Below are positions 1-13,486 of a stretch of 60,000 nucleotides of DNA, in pieces; positions within the stretch are counted from its first letter, which is position 1; each line of letters begins with the position of its first letter. The stretch is from NCBI GenBank assembly GCA_965235115.1, contig OZ249436.1, positions 32,986,001 to 33,046,000 on the forward strand, in the 5' to 3' direction. Under the pieces are notes generated by a model. The model worked only from the letters and a program-made list of their open reading frames with translations, was not told where the DNA came from and did no database searches. The DNA is from Laetmonice hystrix. Lineage: Eukaryota. A program made the position numbers and the translations under genes.

Positions 1-3000
1 AAAGTTGAAATTTGAAAATAAAGATTTATCGAATCTTATGATAGAGGGTGGAACCGGCTCAAATAGGTCAATTGTCGTGACGTCACGAAATACCCTAAAC
101 CTCTGATCACTGGACATCGCCATGTACCGACTTGGATCGTTGTATCTTCAAAGAGTGCCAGCTGAACAAGGGAAATATGTAGAAGGGGTTTTATAGATGA
201 TACGTCCCAATACACCCTATACAACATAACCCGTCCACCAATACACATAGTGCTATACGAAAAACAGAAAACAGACCCCTAAGGTATCGATCCTGAAAAG
301 GACAAATGCCGAAACCCTTAGTAACGGCATCCCCTGGGGGTATGTAATAGAACTACCCGAGGTTGGGGCACGGGGTTCGCCCTCTGGTAGCAGGGCAGAG
401 AAATCCAATAGCAAGAACTGCCTTGCCTTTCCTCACTGGTTCTCGAAGATACGATTGCAGGGCCGGGTTACGAGCATGCGGTACCACTGTCAGACACTTA
501 TTACCTTCATCGACGATCCCGCGGTCGACAATTGCATAAGGTCGAGCAATAAATGCCGAGTCAGATGCCAAACTACTTACATCAATGGTAAATACATAGA
601 GATTCGGGGAGACATTCGGTAAGGGAAGCTGAGACGACGGGCCAAGTCATTGATCGATCTTCACGAACCAGGCCCATTCTCGTTTCTCCTTTATCAAAGA
701 CCCTATAACATTTAGCTCCGGAGCTTTCCAGGCCGTTTCTTGCAAGTACTCAAAATATAAAAGTCGGGGCCCACGCCTTAGGTTTAGCTACATCTGTCAT
801 TCTGGAAAATTATAAACGTCATCAATTATAAATGTAATCAAATTTAAAATTAAAACGGAAAACTAATAGTAATGCCCTTCTGATTTGATAGATATAAATA
901 CAAGTAAAATCTAGGAAAGAAAAGATGGATGCGCAAGAATAAACATGACATTTGGCGAAAAACTGGAACGTAATTAGGTCGTCTCAAGAGCATTCGGAAT
1001 TTGATGTCACCTTGACAATGAATTCATTTAGCCACGTTTTCGCATCCAGTTTATCGCCAGGCGTCGGCAGTACATCTCCAAGGCGCCAATAATCCTGCCA
1101 GGGAGTGTGGGTGAGATTAGAAAGGGTGCCACGCCAAGGGCACTGGTAAATACCCTCTCTCCCTAGCCACACCGTCAGCCCCTTTCCCCCAATACGTCAC
1201 CTTCACATGGACCTCTCAACACCAACAGCTGTGCCAAGCCTGTATACGGAGGAGGAGAAGCACAAACAGTTGGTGTAGTGACCGAAGTCTTCGTGAGAAG
1301 CGCCCCCCCCCCCCCCCTAAAGAAAAGTCCAAACAAGTGAGAACGGCTGGTTATACCTTTCGATGATATATACAAGTAGCCTAATTTGATCAAAGCCATC
1401 TTATATCGATGGCTGGATACGAGATTCATGTCGCGTTCTTGCTTTGACAATGACCATAACTCACCACATATTGCAATACAGAAGAGGGTTGCAGCGGGCC
1501 TATTGTGTGGAACATGGCCATGACACTGTGGATTTTAACACAAAACAAACAGCCTACCACAAAATAGTCTCGATCACAAACCCTTTTTCCCGCTAAAGGC
1601 CGCTCGGCGTCCAGCTTGCGGAGTGACTGAGTAGTGGTGGTTTTGCGCCGTGTCGGTATCCGGGGCCATCTTCACGGCCCAGCTTGCGGACAGGAGGACT
1701 GGTGGTCGAGTCTAACCCCCTAACGGGAGACGACTAGAAATTGCTCAGTCGAACACAACATATCGCCTTGTGGAACAGGTTGAGAGAAGTGATGTATGAG
1801 TGCTCTTTGTTTAAGTGTGCATGTCATTTTCAACTAAAAGATAGAACACTAGCCTATATAGAACACAGCAATATAGCAAGTTTTTAAAATCCTAAATTAT
1901 CAAATAATTCTGAATTTTGGGGTCATTACATCGGCTTTCGATCTTAGTAAAGGTCTGTTTTAGGGAAGGCCAAGGTTTTACTAAATCGTGCTGACCGAAT
2001 GAAACCCAATATTACAATTTTGACCCATAATAAGGCATTTCCGGTCGAGTTATTGAGTGAAAAGCAATAGTGACCTTCTTCATAGTCCAGGCCAAAAGTC
2101 AAAACAGAAGAAACTGAACGGCAACTGCATTTGGACGACTCCAACCAAACCTGGTTCGGAATTATTCGAAAATCAAAATTACTTTATCCGAAAAGATAAC
2201 AGATAAGCATAAATAAGCAACTGACCAATATCTACCGACATCATGATTTTGCGCCGAATATGGCCGACAGAGCTTATTCAATACCTCCTTTTAAAATATC
2301 ATTCAGATGAAAACATACATCTTTAAATTTATTAGACAGCGTTCGAGAAGATTTTCTATGGCAAGACAACTATTCCATGATCACTTGACACTCAATAAAG
2401 ATGTTTGGAAACCTGCTTTCCGCACTCTCGTATTCAAATATTGCCTGTCGAAAACAAATATATTAGATTCCTAACTCTAGCATTCAAAAGTACATCTGAA
2501 TATCCCAAAGCCATTGACTATATAAAACAAATTCTTATAAGAAGGAGATTATTCACGGCTGGTCGCTGTGACAGGTGGCGTGTATAAAAGGGTTAACTTG
2601 TTGTCCGTCGCCTCGAGCAATATTTGCACTCTGGCTAACTTATGTCTTCGCTAGAGAGATTAGTGAACGGCAGTCCTTTACGACCGCGTCCACCTTCACG
2701 CTCCATGCAAACAACCACACCCTTCCTTTAAAGGGATACACTGCGAAAATTGTGATTTGTTTTTTTCAGAAATCGTAAAGGGTCTGGAGAGAAATCTACA
2801 ATTAAAGCTACGTTGATTGTCATCTTTTGTATATCATGTGCACCAAATTTGAAACATTGAATCAACTTTGACTCTGACATGGAAAATGTTCGACTTTGTG
2901 TAAGTAGGCCTATACATGTACATAGACAGATCTTCGGTTTTCACAATGGTTCCCTTTAAGACTGACAGAGACCGTGTTTTAGATGATGCTTCTCTGATCT

Positions 3001-4196
3001 CATCACACGTCCCAAGGTTTCAGATTACGGTCAGCGATGAGATCGGAATCTTTCCGACCTTCCGCAAGTATTTGTCACCTTATAACACGATGTGCAATGG
3101 TCTCTCCCATATTTCATCACTGTCGTCTGGAGTTAGGTAGCTAAGCACCCACAGAATAGGGCGCTGCTGACTAGATTTACTTCAAACGACACTTCAGGTG
3201 TTGAAGAATGGCTAAAGGGAGTCTCGTCATTTTTCTCGAGTGTAATATCATGAGTTGAAGGCGAAGAGATGCCCAACCGATAAACCATGGTATTAATGAC
3301 TGAGGTGCAAGTCTTGCGAAGTGTTTTTTTTTTCGTAATGGTCCGACTAGCGCCTTCATGAAGCAGCGGAAAATGCCACCAACCAACTGAGGGATTTCTC
3401 TTAATTAAATGGCGTTCGCAAGGTGGAACCGTGAAGGGGCCTTATTCTAATACAGCTTTTTGCAGCATTATCCTACATCAACTACACAATATCTGTAACC
3501 TAATTAAGCCTTTCGACTGTTTTCTGAAAATGGAAATTAATAATACATTATTCACTCTGAAGTAGGCCTATGTATTATAGTCGTCTGCTATAATGGATGG
3601 ACCGTCCACATTAGGATCAATATTTGTCTATAAGCCGGGGGGCCAATTACTACCCCGGACTATTTGGCCAAGTGTGTACGTCTTAAAGCCGTTGTCTCCA
3701 GTCCCACGCTAGCTCTTCGAAATCATGCTCCTCTACTAGACCAATTTTCCATACCCATTGTGTCATACAGGGCCTTTCTACTTTATTTCCATAATTACAT
3801 AGTTGTCGTGCTTGATGTGATTGCTGATCGTATCAGTGGACTACAGGGGTATTGGGTTTGGGATTTTGGTCCCCAAGTATCCAAGACGGCTACTGATGTA
3901 GACGGGGTTTCTGTCTGAGAATGGCCTGTTGTTTAGATAGATATAGACCATCTGTCGTCGGAAAGTACTTGATAATCAGCACATCTCCTGAAATATCATT
4001 TCACAAGCTACGAGTGAAGTTAAACAGGGGACCAATCGTTCATTGGTGTCTTAATTGGTTGGAACCCAAAAAGGCGATCCGAAGGTGTATATTTGTAATT
4101 GCATTATAGTGTAATTCATTTCTATATAATAAAGGCGGAAACACTGCAACTGCTACTGTTACATTAGGATATGCGACTATACCTCATTGTTATCCC

Positions 4197-4960
4197 ACTG
4201 GGGGATCCAGGGGGCCCAGGGTGCCCGCCCCCTAGATTTTTCCTTTTTTTATCAAGATGTTATGATTATATTTGAATAATTTCTAGTATTTAAATAAAAA
4301 AAAACATTTAATAAATATTAACGCACTGAGGGCCGGTAATATGAATTGATTGACACAACATGTAGTATAGTTTCAGTGTCACCCGCCAAACAGCGCTGTG
4401 ATCAGCAACGATGAGCGACACCTTGCGTTCAATCAAGAGGAAGTTTCGCGAATTATCACACCTGAGGTGACATACAGACGACAGGGACTCGTCGGCATCT
4501 CTCACGCTGCCACCACCGACGCGAACGGATCAAGGTTCATGCCCACCACCATCCCCAACTCCACCTTTATACCAAGAAACGTTGTTGGAGTGTAAGTTGG
4601 AGTTCCAGTGACATATATACAACCTTTAATCAGCCAAGTCCCTGAAACTGTCAACATAATTATTGGAGTGAAATATAAATCAGCGAATTTTAAAGATTGT
4701 AGGGGCGTGGCATCTCGTTCCTATAACTGTACATACAGAAATATTTGTCACTTCAATAAACCAAATTAAACTAAATTAACTGGCAATCTATGTTCATAAT
4801 TTTGTTCATGGCAGATCAAGAAATGTGTTCATAGTTATTATTGTGTGGGGGTGGGGGATGGGTGTTGTGTAATACAGGCACAATTAAATCATACCGAGCG
4901 TAGCGAGGCTAAAAAAGATTTTTGGTGGACCCCCTTATCAAAATCCTGAACCCCCCACTG
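4197..4960. mobile_element. Degenerate MITE of the CAGTGGCGGATCCAG type nested in the Kolobok-like element
   Basis: Left CACTGGGGGATCCAGGGGG and right CCTGAACCCCCCACTG form imperfect inverted ends. No TSD recognised. Confidence 0.3.
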
Positions 4961-5205
4961 TGATCCTAACATCTCAGATTATAATTATATTTTCATTAAG
5001 CTATTACCGCATAGGCTCCACTTCCTGATTAACAATAACATTTCTTTGGTTTGGTCGTATACAAGCATATATCCCTAAAACCCAACGCCGATGAAAATAG
5101 AAAGCATGTACATGTACACAGTTGCTCTTTCACAAACAGCAGCACTGAGGGTGGCAGAAACGATGACCAGAAAATGGCCACAATAAATCCATCTATTGAC
5201 ACTAT

Positions 5206-5586
5206 AGTGGCAGAGTTATGGCAATCACATGGCGCGTGACTTGCCAACAGAATCCCTAAAGTGAAATCCATACATGCTCAAATCAATCTTGGGGGTTCAG
5301 CAGCCCAGCCTTTATTCTGTCGGCCCTCACGTCAGAAACGGATAACGAAGAGTTATTGTTTACGTGGCCTCACGTCTTTGAGTTCGTGAGGGGTACGGGT
5401 CAGACCAGTGGTGACGCACTCTGTCTGCCAGGACAGGCACATTCCGCTCCCGACAGGTTGGGCGTGACGGGAATTATGATAATACCACGACGCATGACTT
5501 GCTAACAGAATCCCTAAAGTGAACTTCATCCATGCCCAAATCAATCTTCAGGGTTCAGAAACCCAGCTTTTATTCTGTCGGCCCTA
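5206..5586. repeat. Diverged ~120-bp direct duplication, spacing ~258 bp
   Basis: GACTTGCYAACAGAATCCCTAAAGTGAA...CAAATCAATCTT...TTTATTCTGTCGGCCCT occurs at ~5238-5327 and ~5496-5585. Confidence 0.85.
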
Positions 5587-6639
5587 TGCTACAGACGTAG
5601 GCCTAAAACGCCGATGTGAGGAGGCTCGACCATATCACCGCTCGTGTCCTACCGCCCTGCTGCATAGTTTCAACGCATATAAACAGATCACGGAAACTTT
5701 AGTGCATTTTGGCGTATCCGGTGGTATTGGAGCAGGATTTTAACACAAATTTTAGTCTTGGTATTTTTCATATTTTTCATGCATGTATCCCTTTAAGGAT
5801 ATCAACCTCGCCACATGTCCATAAACAAGACCAAGGGACGGACCTGTCGTCGGTTTATACTTGCAGCTTCTTGGAATGGCCTCTTCCATGAAATAAAATC
5901 ATGCGGGACTCAAAGTGCATTTCTCGGTCGGCGGCTAATTTACCACGTAAACCGGATCTTGAAAAAATGACGTCAGTTAATAGCGTTCATGCCAACTGTA
6001 ATTGCAGAGCATTTCAGACTCTCCCTGGCTTTCACGCCACCTCCCACACATAAGGTTCACCCTTTCTTATTCTAGTACATTAAAACTTTTTCAAAACTTA
6101 TATGATGAATAAATAAATTTCCAGCTTATACCAGAAACAGAAATTTTCTTGAAAAAATGTCAACAGTTTATTAAAAGATCTACAGGCTTCGCACCTACCG
6201 CACATGTCTGCCGAAACTTGTACCTGTAATTGAATAAATTACTCTAGAAAGTTATAGAAATATGTTCATTAAAGTACAGCTATATCTAAGCCATCCAATT
6301 CATGTCTAAATATGTCCTGATATTAAATTTAATACAGGTACACGCTATGTTGAGCAAGCAACATCCAAATTACCAACGCCTTCAGCACACCATATGCAGA
6401 GAACAATAAATCTACACATGTAAACTACTTGCCAATTTTTCTTTTCCAGCTGGAAAGGCAAGAATTAAATCATTTTCCTCGGAAGCAATCTATCCATTAC
6501 CTGCACTTTAATGAAATAACAGCAGCGTCTGCGTGGTTCTAATGCGTTGCCTAGCACTTCAATTCCCGATGTGTTTCCAAATAACCATTTAGTGATTTAC
6601 TATGAGCCTCCAAATACAATCGATAAGCAACACCTTGGT

Positions 6640-7030
6640 CCGAGTCTGGGCCTGGGTTGTCCCACTGTTGGCATCTTTAGTCAGGCGATCCGGACTGATG
6701 TGAAGGGCATCCTATCCCAGGACGACTCTCGTCCATTTCCGGCAGCGTCCTCGGATCCCAGGACTGTTCCCATCTATTTCCAACTATACGGGCCCCAAAC
6801 GCCTCGACGACTCCCTCATAATGTCCTTGTCGTGTTTTCCTCCCAATGTTTGCTCGGTAACAAGCCTCGTTTAAGGATGGTCGCTAAAGGTAAAGAGTTT
6901 GGTTGATACTATGCAAACGGTCCCGAGAAAGCTCGCAATGTAATTGGAAAGTATACGGTGAAGTCGATTTACTTCCGAAGAGTGGCGGGGAAGAGAATGG
7001 GCCCAATCCATAATAGCCAGGCCATATTGT
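6640..7030 (-). pseudogene. Possible heavily decayed DIRS/Ngaro-type reverse transcriptase fragment
   Basis: Broken minus-strand frames give LGPFSSPPL, SINQ and DRMPF..R.A in the order expected for GPFxSPP...SIND...DRxLPFGLRSA, with many stops and frameshifts. Confidence 0.25.
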
Positions 7031-9333
7031 TCAGCCAGATAGAAATGGGAAAATTATGTATAGTTTTATCAGTTGAATCAGTACTCGTCTTTCCCCTGTT
7101 GTGATCATCACATTTATTTTACTGTTTATCAATCACATCTTTGCTACAAAGGTACTTGTGCCAAGAATATCGTCTTGTATAATTTGCTTTAAAAAAGAAA
7201 TCATTCTAGTTCAAGAGATTGTCATGCATCATAAACATTAGATATGTATGTACATACAGGTGCAACTTGCAACCTTTGTCTTTGTATTGCACTCTTCCCC
7301 ATGTAAGAGTAGTAGACTAGCTTCATAGGTCATGCAATCGCCAACGTCGCCGATTGCCCAGTGCCCGAAGTTACTACAGTCGCTGCATCGCCGGCGATAC
7401 ACACGATGTCGCCGGACTGGTGGCTCGCTAAAAATCTTGTCAATTATTTTTGTCATATTTTTGCTGAAGTCTATTCTGATTTCTAGTTGAAATTTTGAAA
7501 CCCATTTTCAGAATTAGGTCTGAATAGCAAGCAAATAATACAGCGTGTATTCCGTTATTTTAACCCAAAATTGCACGTACAATAGCAAGGCAAATCGCGC
7601 CGATGGAAAAGGTTCATAGTTCAGTCACTCCGTCACCGACTACGCCGACTGGTCATCGAGACTATGGACCAGTACAGCGACGTCGGCGAATAGGATGTAA
7701 AAACGACTGGCGATCTCAGCGACGGCACTGTGAACTGAACCCACATCTTTAAACGGCTTCTGAGGGCCAATAATTCTCCCAAACGGCTGATGTCAGAGAT
7801 TTGCCAGCTCGACCATTCGGCGACCACTCACGACAATAAATGAGGTTGATGAACGTCTCTCGTGATCGCTCCGCGGATAAGAAGGGCAGGTATCCATGGA
7901 AACCGAGCACATCATGAGACACGTCATGTCTTACATCATCACGACTTTACTGACTTAAAATTTGACATATCTGATCTTCCGTTTTGAAATTGGACCATGG
8001 CTTCCTGAAATGGCAGTGAGCATTCTCCTCATGGTTATAGTGTTCTTGCATTTATCTCGATGACTTTACATAACTCCCTGTATAATTCACAACGCTTTGA
8101 CGCCTCATATCTGCCCATTTCTGTCCCTGGATACAGGATAACAATGGCATACACTGCGGATCAAAGTGTCAAGGCGTCTCTTGCAGGAACATAGGCGGAC
8201 ACCATGGCAACAAAGCAGGGGCTGCCAATAATGGACTTTCCTTGGTGATCTTCGAAAGGTGCCCTGTTCCTTCATCGGCTTTCAATACTATAGGCATACA
8301 GATGTACAACTGGCCTAACACCGTTTCTGGAGAACCTCTGTTTGAGTGGTGCTTAAACTGAAACGTTGTAGTGCCCACTCAGAAACCATTTATCATTTTA
8401 TCCTTGAAATATTATAACGATATTAAGTCAAGTTCATTCCAAACATAACTGATCATAGGTTCGCTGTCTGTGAGTTGTCTAATTTCAGAACAACTTCAAC
8501 TTCTGGTCAAGATCAGTAGTAGTGTCAAGATCGGTTCGCAAGTCTTCACTTTTTTTTATCAAAGTCGCCAGACCTTACCAGAAATAGAGAAATCAATGAG
8601 CAGGTAAGCAGAGACTACATATAGCAATTCGTTATCCACTGACCGGATGTTATGGAATGACGTGTGAAACAAAACCCATCATATCCGATTCCACAGAAAC
8701 GGTGTGTCAAGGCCCAGAGCACGCACAAAATGTTCATTATAAATAAATTTGCCTGAAATGAGTATGAGTCAAGGTCGACTCTAAGTTGACTCACCCCTGT
8801 AGTTTAGTTTGTTAATATTCTGGTATGGTATCACTGTAATTTGACAGCCAAGTGAAGTGAATTCAAAGTTCTCTTTACTTCAGCCTTTAGTGGATGCTCA
8901 ATCTGTGTCCGGGCCCGTGTGGAATTCAAACCTGGAGATCCTAACGAGGATCTATCAGTCCCAGTCCGGTGGTCGAAATCCTCGCTACATTCACCGGTTA
9001 GCAAGTAAACTGTGGCCAAGCCACTATGAAAGTGAAACGGGCAAATAAATCTCCATTAGTGGTGTTATACTTTTTGGAAAGGAAGTTGCCATGTCATTAC
9101 CGTTATGTGCCTCAATATCAAACCGGCAAATGTAGAAAAACATGTTTTTACAATATTTTCCCACAATGAATGGGAGGCCCCGTTGCCCGGCCCCACCTAA
9201 CGACCTAGACGGCTCTGACAGACAAGCGATGACCGGCCGGGTGACCCAGGGCCCTGCCGACTGTCAGGGCTATATCCGATTAGTCATCAAGATCGTTATT
9301 GGCTCTCATTCTAAAACAGAGTATTTTATTTCG

Positions 9334-9521
9334 CTCTTGTGTGTTCCGTTATATATACGCCTCACTCCCCTCTTGTGTGTTCCGTTATATATACGCCTCA
9401 CTCCCCTCTTGTGTGTTCCGTTATATATACGCCTCACTCCCTTCTTGTGTGTTCCGTTATATATACGCCTCACTTCCCTCTTGTGTGTTCCGTTATATAT
9501 ATACAATGTATACGCCTCACT
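9334..9521. repeat. 36-bp minisatellite, ~5 copies
   Basis: Unit CTCTTGTGTGTTCCGTTATATATACGCCTCACTCCC. Confidence 0.95.
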
Positions 9522-9529
<8 letters not shown>

Positions 9530-9590
<61 letters not shown>

Positions 9591-9594
9591 TCTT
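9530..9594. repeat. (CT)n microsatellite
   Basis: About 32 CT units directly after the 36-bp array and a C run. Confidence 0.97.
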
Positions 9595-10080
9595 ATTACT
9601 GCCATTCAGGTTATGACTGTTATTTCTATTAGCGTAAATAGCGTAAATTACTGTCATTCAGATTATGAATGTTATGAATGGATATTTGCAACACAGCAGA
9701 TGAACTAATCTATCTTGAAAAAGCTGAGAATCCTGTGAAACGTCATTAATATTGATATGAAAACTTATCACTTAAACCCTTTAATCTTCTCAACAATATA
9801 TGTGTAGACCTATTCTCACTAACATTGGCCTATCACTCAAATTAATTTAACCATTTTACATGGCATATGGTTAGATTTAACAAAATGTTAGAATAAAGGC
9901 AGAGTTTCACTTCACTTCTGTACAGGTATGTATTGTGCGACGCAAGGTTTGGTTGACGTGCGCGCATGCCCGGATGTGCATTTCGTGTCCTATTAAAATT
10001 ATATAATTGAGTGTTGCCTATATGAGAGATTGTCAAGATAAAAAACAAGATACATGAGAAACTATCAACAAAAGCAGCTG

Positions 10081-10152
10081 TGGAGATTCCGGGGATTGAA
10101 CCCAGGACCTTTCACATGCGAAGCGAACGCTCTACCACTGAGCTACATCCCC
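10081..10152 (-). tRNA. trnA-CGC: tRNA-Ala (anticodon CGC)
   Basis: Reverse complement GGGGATGTAGCTCAGTGGTAGAGCGTTCGCTTCGCATGTGAAAGGTCCTGGGTTCAATCCCCGGAATCTCCA folds as a 72-nt cloverleaf with the G3:U70 Ala determinant, A and B boxes, and a TTTT terminator 7 nt downstream. One acceptor-stem mismatch (G7/A66). Confidence 0.9.
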
Positions 10153-10165
10153 AGATTTATGTTCG

Positions 10166-10545
10166 TAAAACCTGCAGATGAAGATGCTAAAAAAGTTACC
10201 TTTTACCCTCAGCAACACCACGTTAAAATTTCATGTTTGAACGATGAGTGAAAGTATAGAAAAATGGAGTTAAACCTGGCCGTCCCGTTACTGTTTTGAC
10301 TTAATGCTATCTGCGAGGTGAGGCTCGTAGGGGTTGCCCTAAATACTACCATACCGAAAGTACTACTGCGTTAGTCGGATGTAGGAGAATCTCCTACGAA
10401 ACTTACGATGCAGATAGCGTAAAGTCCGAACGGTAACGGACGGCCAGTTGTACCTTCATTTTTCTATACTTTCATTCGTCGTTTAAACATGAAATTTTAA
10501 CATGGTATTGCTGAGGCTTTTTAAGGAACGTCATCTGCTGCTTTA
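10166..10545. mobile_element. Palindromic MITE (~380 bp) immediately upstream of the tRNA-Ala gene
   Basis: Long imperfect inverted arms: GCAGATGA/TCATCTGC, CCTCAGCAACACCACGTTAAAATTTCATGTTT vs AAACATGAAATTTTAACATGGTATTGCTGAGG, GAAAGTATAGAAAAATG vs CATTTTTCTATACTTTC, CTGGCCGTCC vs GGACGGCCAG. Confidence 0.8.
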
Positions 10546-11959
10546 AAGGTAATCGATCACCCTGGAGCCGCCGAGTTTTGTGAAAATTTGTCGGAGCGCG
10601 TGTCCCAATCTCCTACGACTCCGCGTATTTCAAGCTTACCTGATCTTGAATCTATCCCACTGGACTGATAAAACATTCTGTCGTAATCCTAACATTGTTG
10701 TGCTAGGTCTGTTGTTAATTATGAGCCATAATGAGGCGATACATCCCATATTTCTCATGTCAATCGACTGAGAACTGCCGCATTCCCTTCCTAACGCTCA
10801 CTGATGTCGTTACTAAGCAACGGGCACAGCGCGCATGCGCGAGTGTGCTGCTCGCCAGCCCTCCCCACCCCCATAATCCAAATAAGGGCATGATTTGATT
10901 CGCGTGCTCTTGTCTCTAGCCAAATAGTTAAACGTTTAATTAATTAATTAAAAATATTGTCGATATGGACGCGCCATGGTACCAGACTGCTAGAAACCCC
11001 TTAAAATAATTGTTTTTACTCAAGTTTTGTTGAATTGACTGCGTTTATCTCAATTTTCGGACAGATTTCCTTTAAATCTCATTAATTTTAGATAACCAGA
11101 CGCAATATATAAGGCACTGATTTCACCACCGCAAACTTCTCGCAGGTGTTATTTAGTTATTTTTACGAGTGGATGTCGAGACTGACACAAAATGCGTGTC
11201 AGGTGATTCGGCAATGTTTATGCCCAAGGACGAGTGCTTGTGGTTTGAAGAAAATGTTTAATAACAGTTGGGTGACCTGTTTTTCATCCATATTTGTTGC
11301 TTTTCAGTCCTTTGCTCTGAGTCACAATAAGATAGTCCGGAGGGGGAACTATATGAATACGATTGTGTGACAACCAGTATAATAGAAATAAAAGTTGTTT
11401 TTGTACATTGCCTTTGTGATCGTTTGCATGACAAGTTGAATGATTTCATGCATTCACGTTGTTTCGTGCATTTGGAAAGAGCCATCAAACACCTGATTCA
11501 TCTAGAAGTTGGAGAATATTAAGTTCTTGAATAAATTCCGAAACCGTTTCTATGATTTTGCTTTAAGAAAATATCAGCATACTGCCTAGAAAAAAATGCG
11601 AAACTTTCGTTTAGAGACGGCACTTTCGGAACGTTTTGAAATTAAAAGGAAATCCTTTCTAAATGCTGTTCAATTTATCACTAGAAAACTCTATTTCGAA
11701 GGTCACAGATGGGTTAATTGACTGATTGCTTACCGTTTAGGGACCCGACTGTACCGCAGGCTAACGTAGCCATTTGTGTAGCATAAATCAGCTGAATCCT
11801 TATGGTATCGACGAAGGCAAAAGATCCATCCCCTAGGCACACGTTTAAAACCCTTCAATTACCTAATTACGAGCCACTTGGAAAAAAAGATTGAGCAGCA
11901 CGTAAGAGATTCCAAACTCCTTCGGCACGTTTTAATCAGCTCTAACAGTATCTGCTTAA

Positions 11960-12920
11960 ACTAATGATGAATTTGGCGGAGACTTCGTTGGCGAGGAAAT
12001 GTTGAGAAAAAAGGATTCCTCCGCCATTGATATTTGGCTGGGGAAATGTTTATCAGAAAATATATCATTCCTTCGTGAACGGCAAACCAGTGATTTCAAA
12101 GTCCGACGCTCTTGCAACTGCGTTATGCTGAGGCCCGGCCTAATTATTTTGTCATCGCTTACAAACAGCAAGGAGCTGCCCCAGGTCACTACAGTGTTGT
12201 CATTGGTGCCTGATTGATGAGCAGTTTTACGCCCTGTCAGCATCTCCTGGCCATCTCCAGCGTGAGAAAATACAGTAGTCCCACCTCAATGCTCTCCGCT
12301 AGGGAGGAACGCGAGCCAGGGATACGCCCCGACTGTTCCTGAACAGGCAACTTGCCTTCTACGCCTGGGAGACAGGATCTGAGGTTTTCAAAACGATGAA
12401 TTAGAATGAAATTTCTAATAATATATAAATGACTTCTGTTTCTATAAGGGGACAGGTTTGTATAATAGATTGTATCCAGTTGTTTTCCCCCGATAATACA
12501 TTGGGTTACGCCGTATTCTGTGATAGGCCTAAATGTTCCAGGTGCAGGAAGGTTTTTGTAGTGAAGCTTTCAGCTCTACCCTTTCCTGAAGGTGCTAAAG
12601 ACAATGATATCTGCAAGCTGCTACTTCTATATAACTCCACTTCTGATCTTAGCGCGATGTTGTCAAAGTGGACACAGAGGTTGATTCCATTTTTGGCATC
12701 CGGTCCAATTTCGGAAATTGAACCGGAAGGCAAGGGATGAACAAAGTCCACGCTGAAGAAATAGGGCATTGTATTTCATGAATGAGTACAAGGCCATCTT
12801 TCTGTTCAGTCTGCTGTCAATTTGCCATTGGCTTGGTTTCTCACATCCTGTATGTGTAACACATCACTTTTTAATGATGCCGACAAAGACTTCCTCTTGA
12901 TGTGGAAATAATTAGCCAAT
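11960..12920 (-). pseudogene. Decayed DNA-transposon transposase fragment (Academ-like)
   Basis: AD*TERWP....MPYFFSVD and SGSISEIGPD.(K)MEST resemble the ADRxGxW.LH...MLPYFF.xD...F.AVSPDMKLEQT blocks of this transposase group. Contains stops and frameshifts. Confidence 0.35.
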
Positions 12921-13486
12921 TCCGTAAACATCTCTAACTTCGACGATCTGCTGATCCCTTGAGGTCATCATTCCGTGTTTATGTCTATGTAGGAAACTTG
13001 TCCTGAATGGTGGACGCTCTCTCGTGTCGGAACCATAAACGGTCACCTTGGAACGCTCCGTTGGGGGGTGCGCGATGTCAGCGGCAATAACATAGAGATA
13101 AAGTCAGGAATCCATGTGTACGTAGTGTGGGTGTGGGCGTGATGCGTACTGTGTACTGCGTACTGCTTATTCGTCAAAATAAATTAAAACAATTTGGAGT
13201 GATTCCATTTGTACGTAGTGCGTAATGCGTGTTTTCATTGTTTTTATTACGCACTACGCAATACACAATACGCATTACGGACACAGAACCAGCAGAAGTT
13301 TCTCAACGCAATCTCCCCGCGGTATACATTACATGAACTACCTGGCTGTTCAAGATGGTTCACGTTATTCCGGTGAAATGGATGGAATGGATAGCTTTCC
13401 ACGTTATTTGGCTCAAGTTCATGAAAATTATTTCTGGTCTGACACGTGCCGTAAACCTGAGAAAAGATTAATGACATTTTGGCGAG

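Larger units (their letters stand above)
2732..5792. mobile_element. Kolobok-type non-autonomous DNA transposon
   Basis: TTAA|AGGGATACA at left (TTAA 2728-2731) and TGTATCCCT|TTAA at right (TTAA 5793-5796): short TIR, purine-purine terminus, TTAA TSD. No intact ORF. Confidence 0.6.

Noticed and set aside
1..1700. Short minus-strand ORFs with splice-like sites, possibly a decayed TE gene
   Set aside because: No motif I can assign with confidence.
4440..4500. Hammerhead-like CCGACGAGTCCC...GAAAC on the minus strand
   Set aside because: The core deviates from CUGANGA and stem II cannot close.
10620..10710. Minus-strand AG...GTAAGC mini-exon as cyclase exon 2
   Set aside because: No frame resembles the expected receptor guanylyl cyclase sequence.
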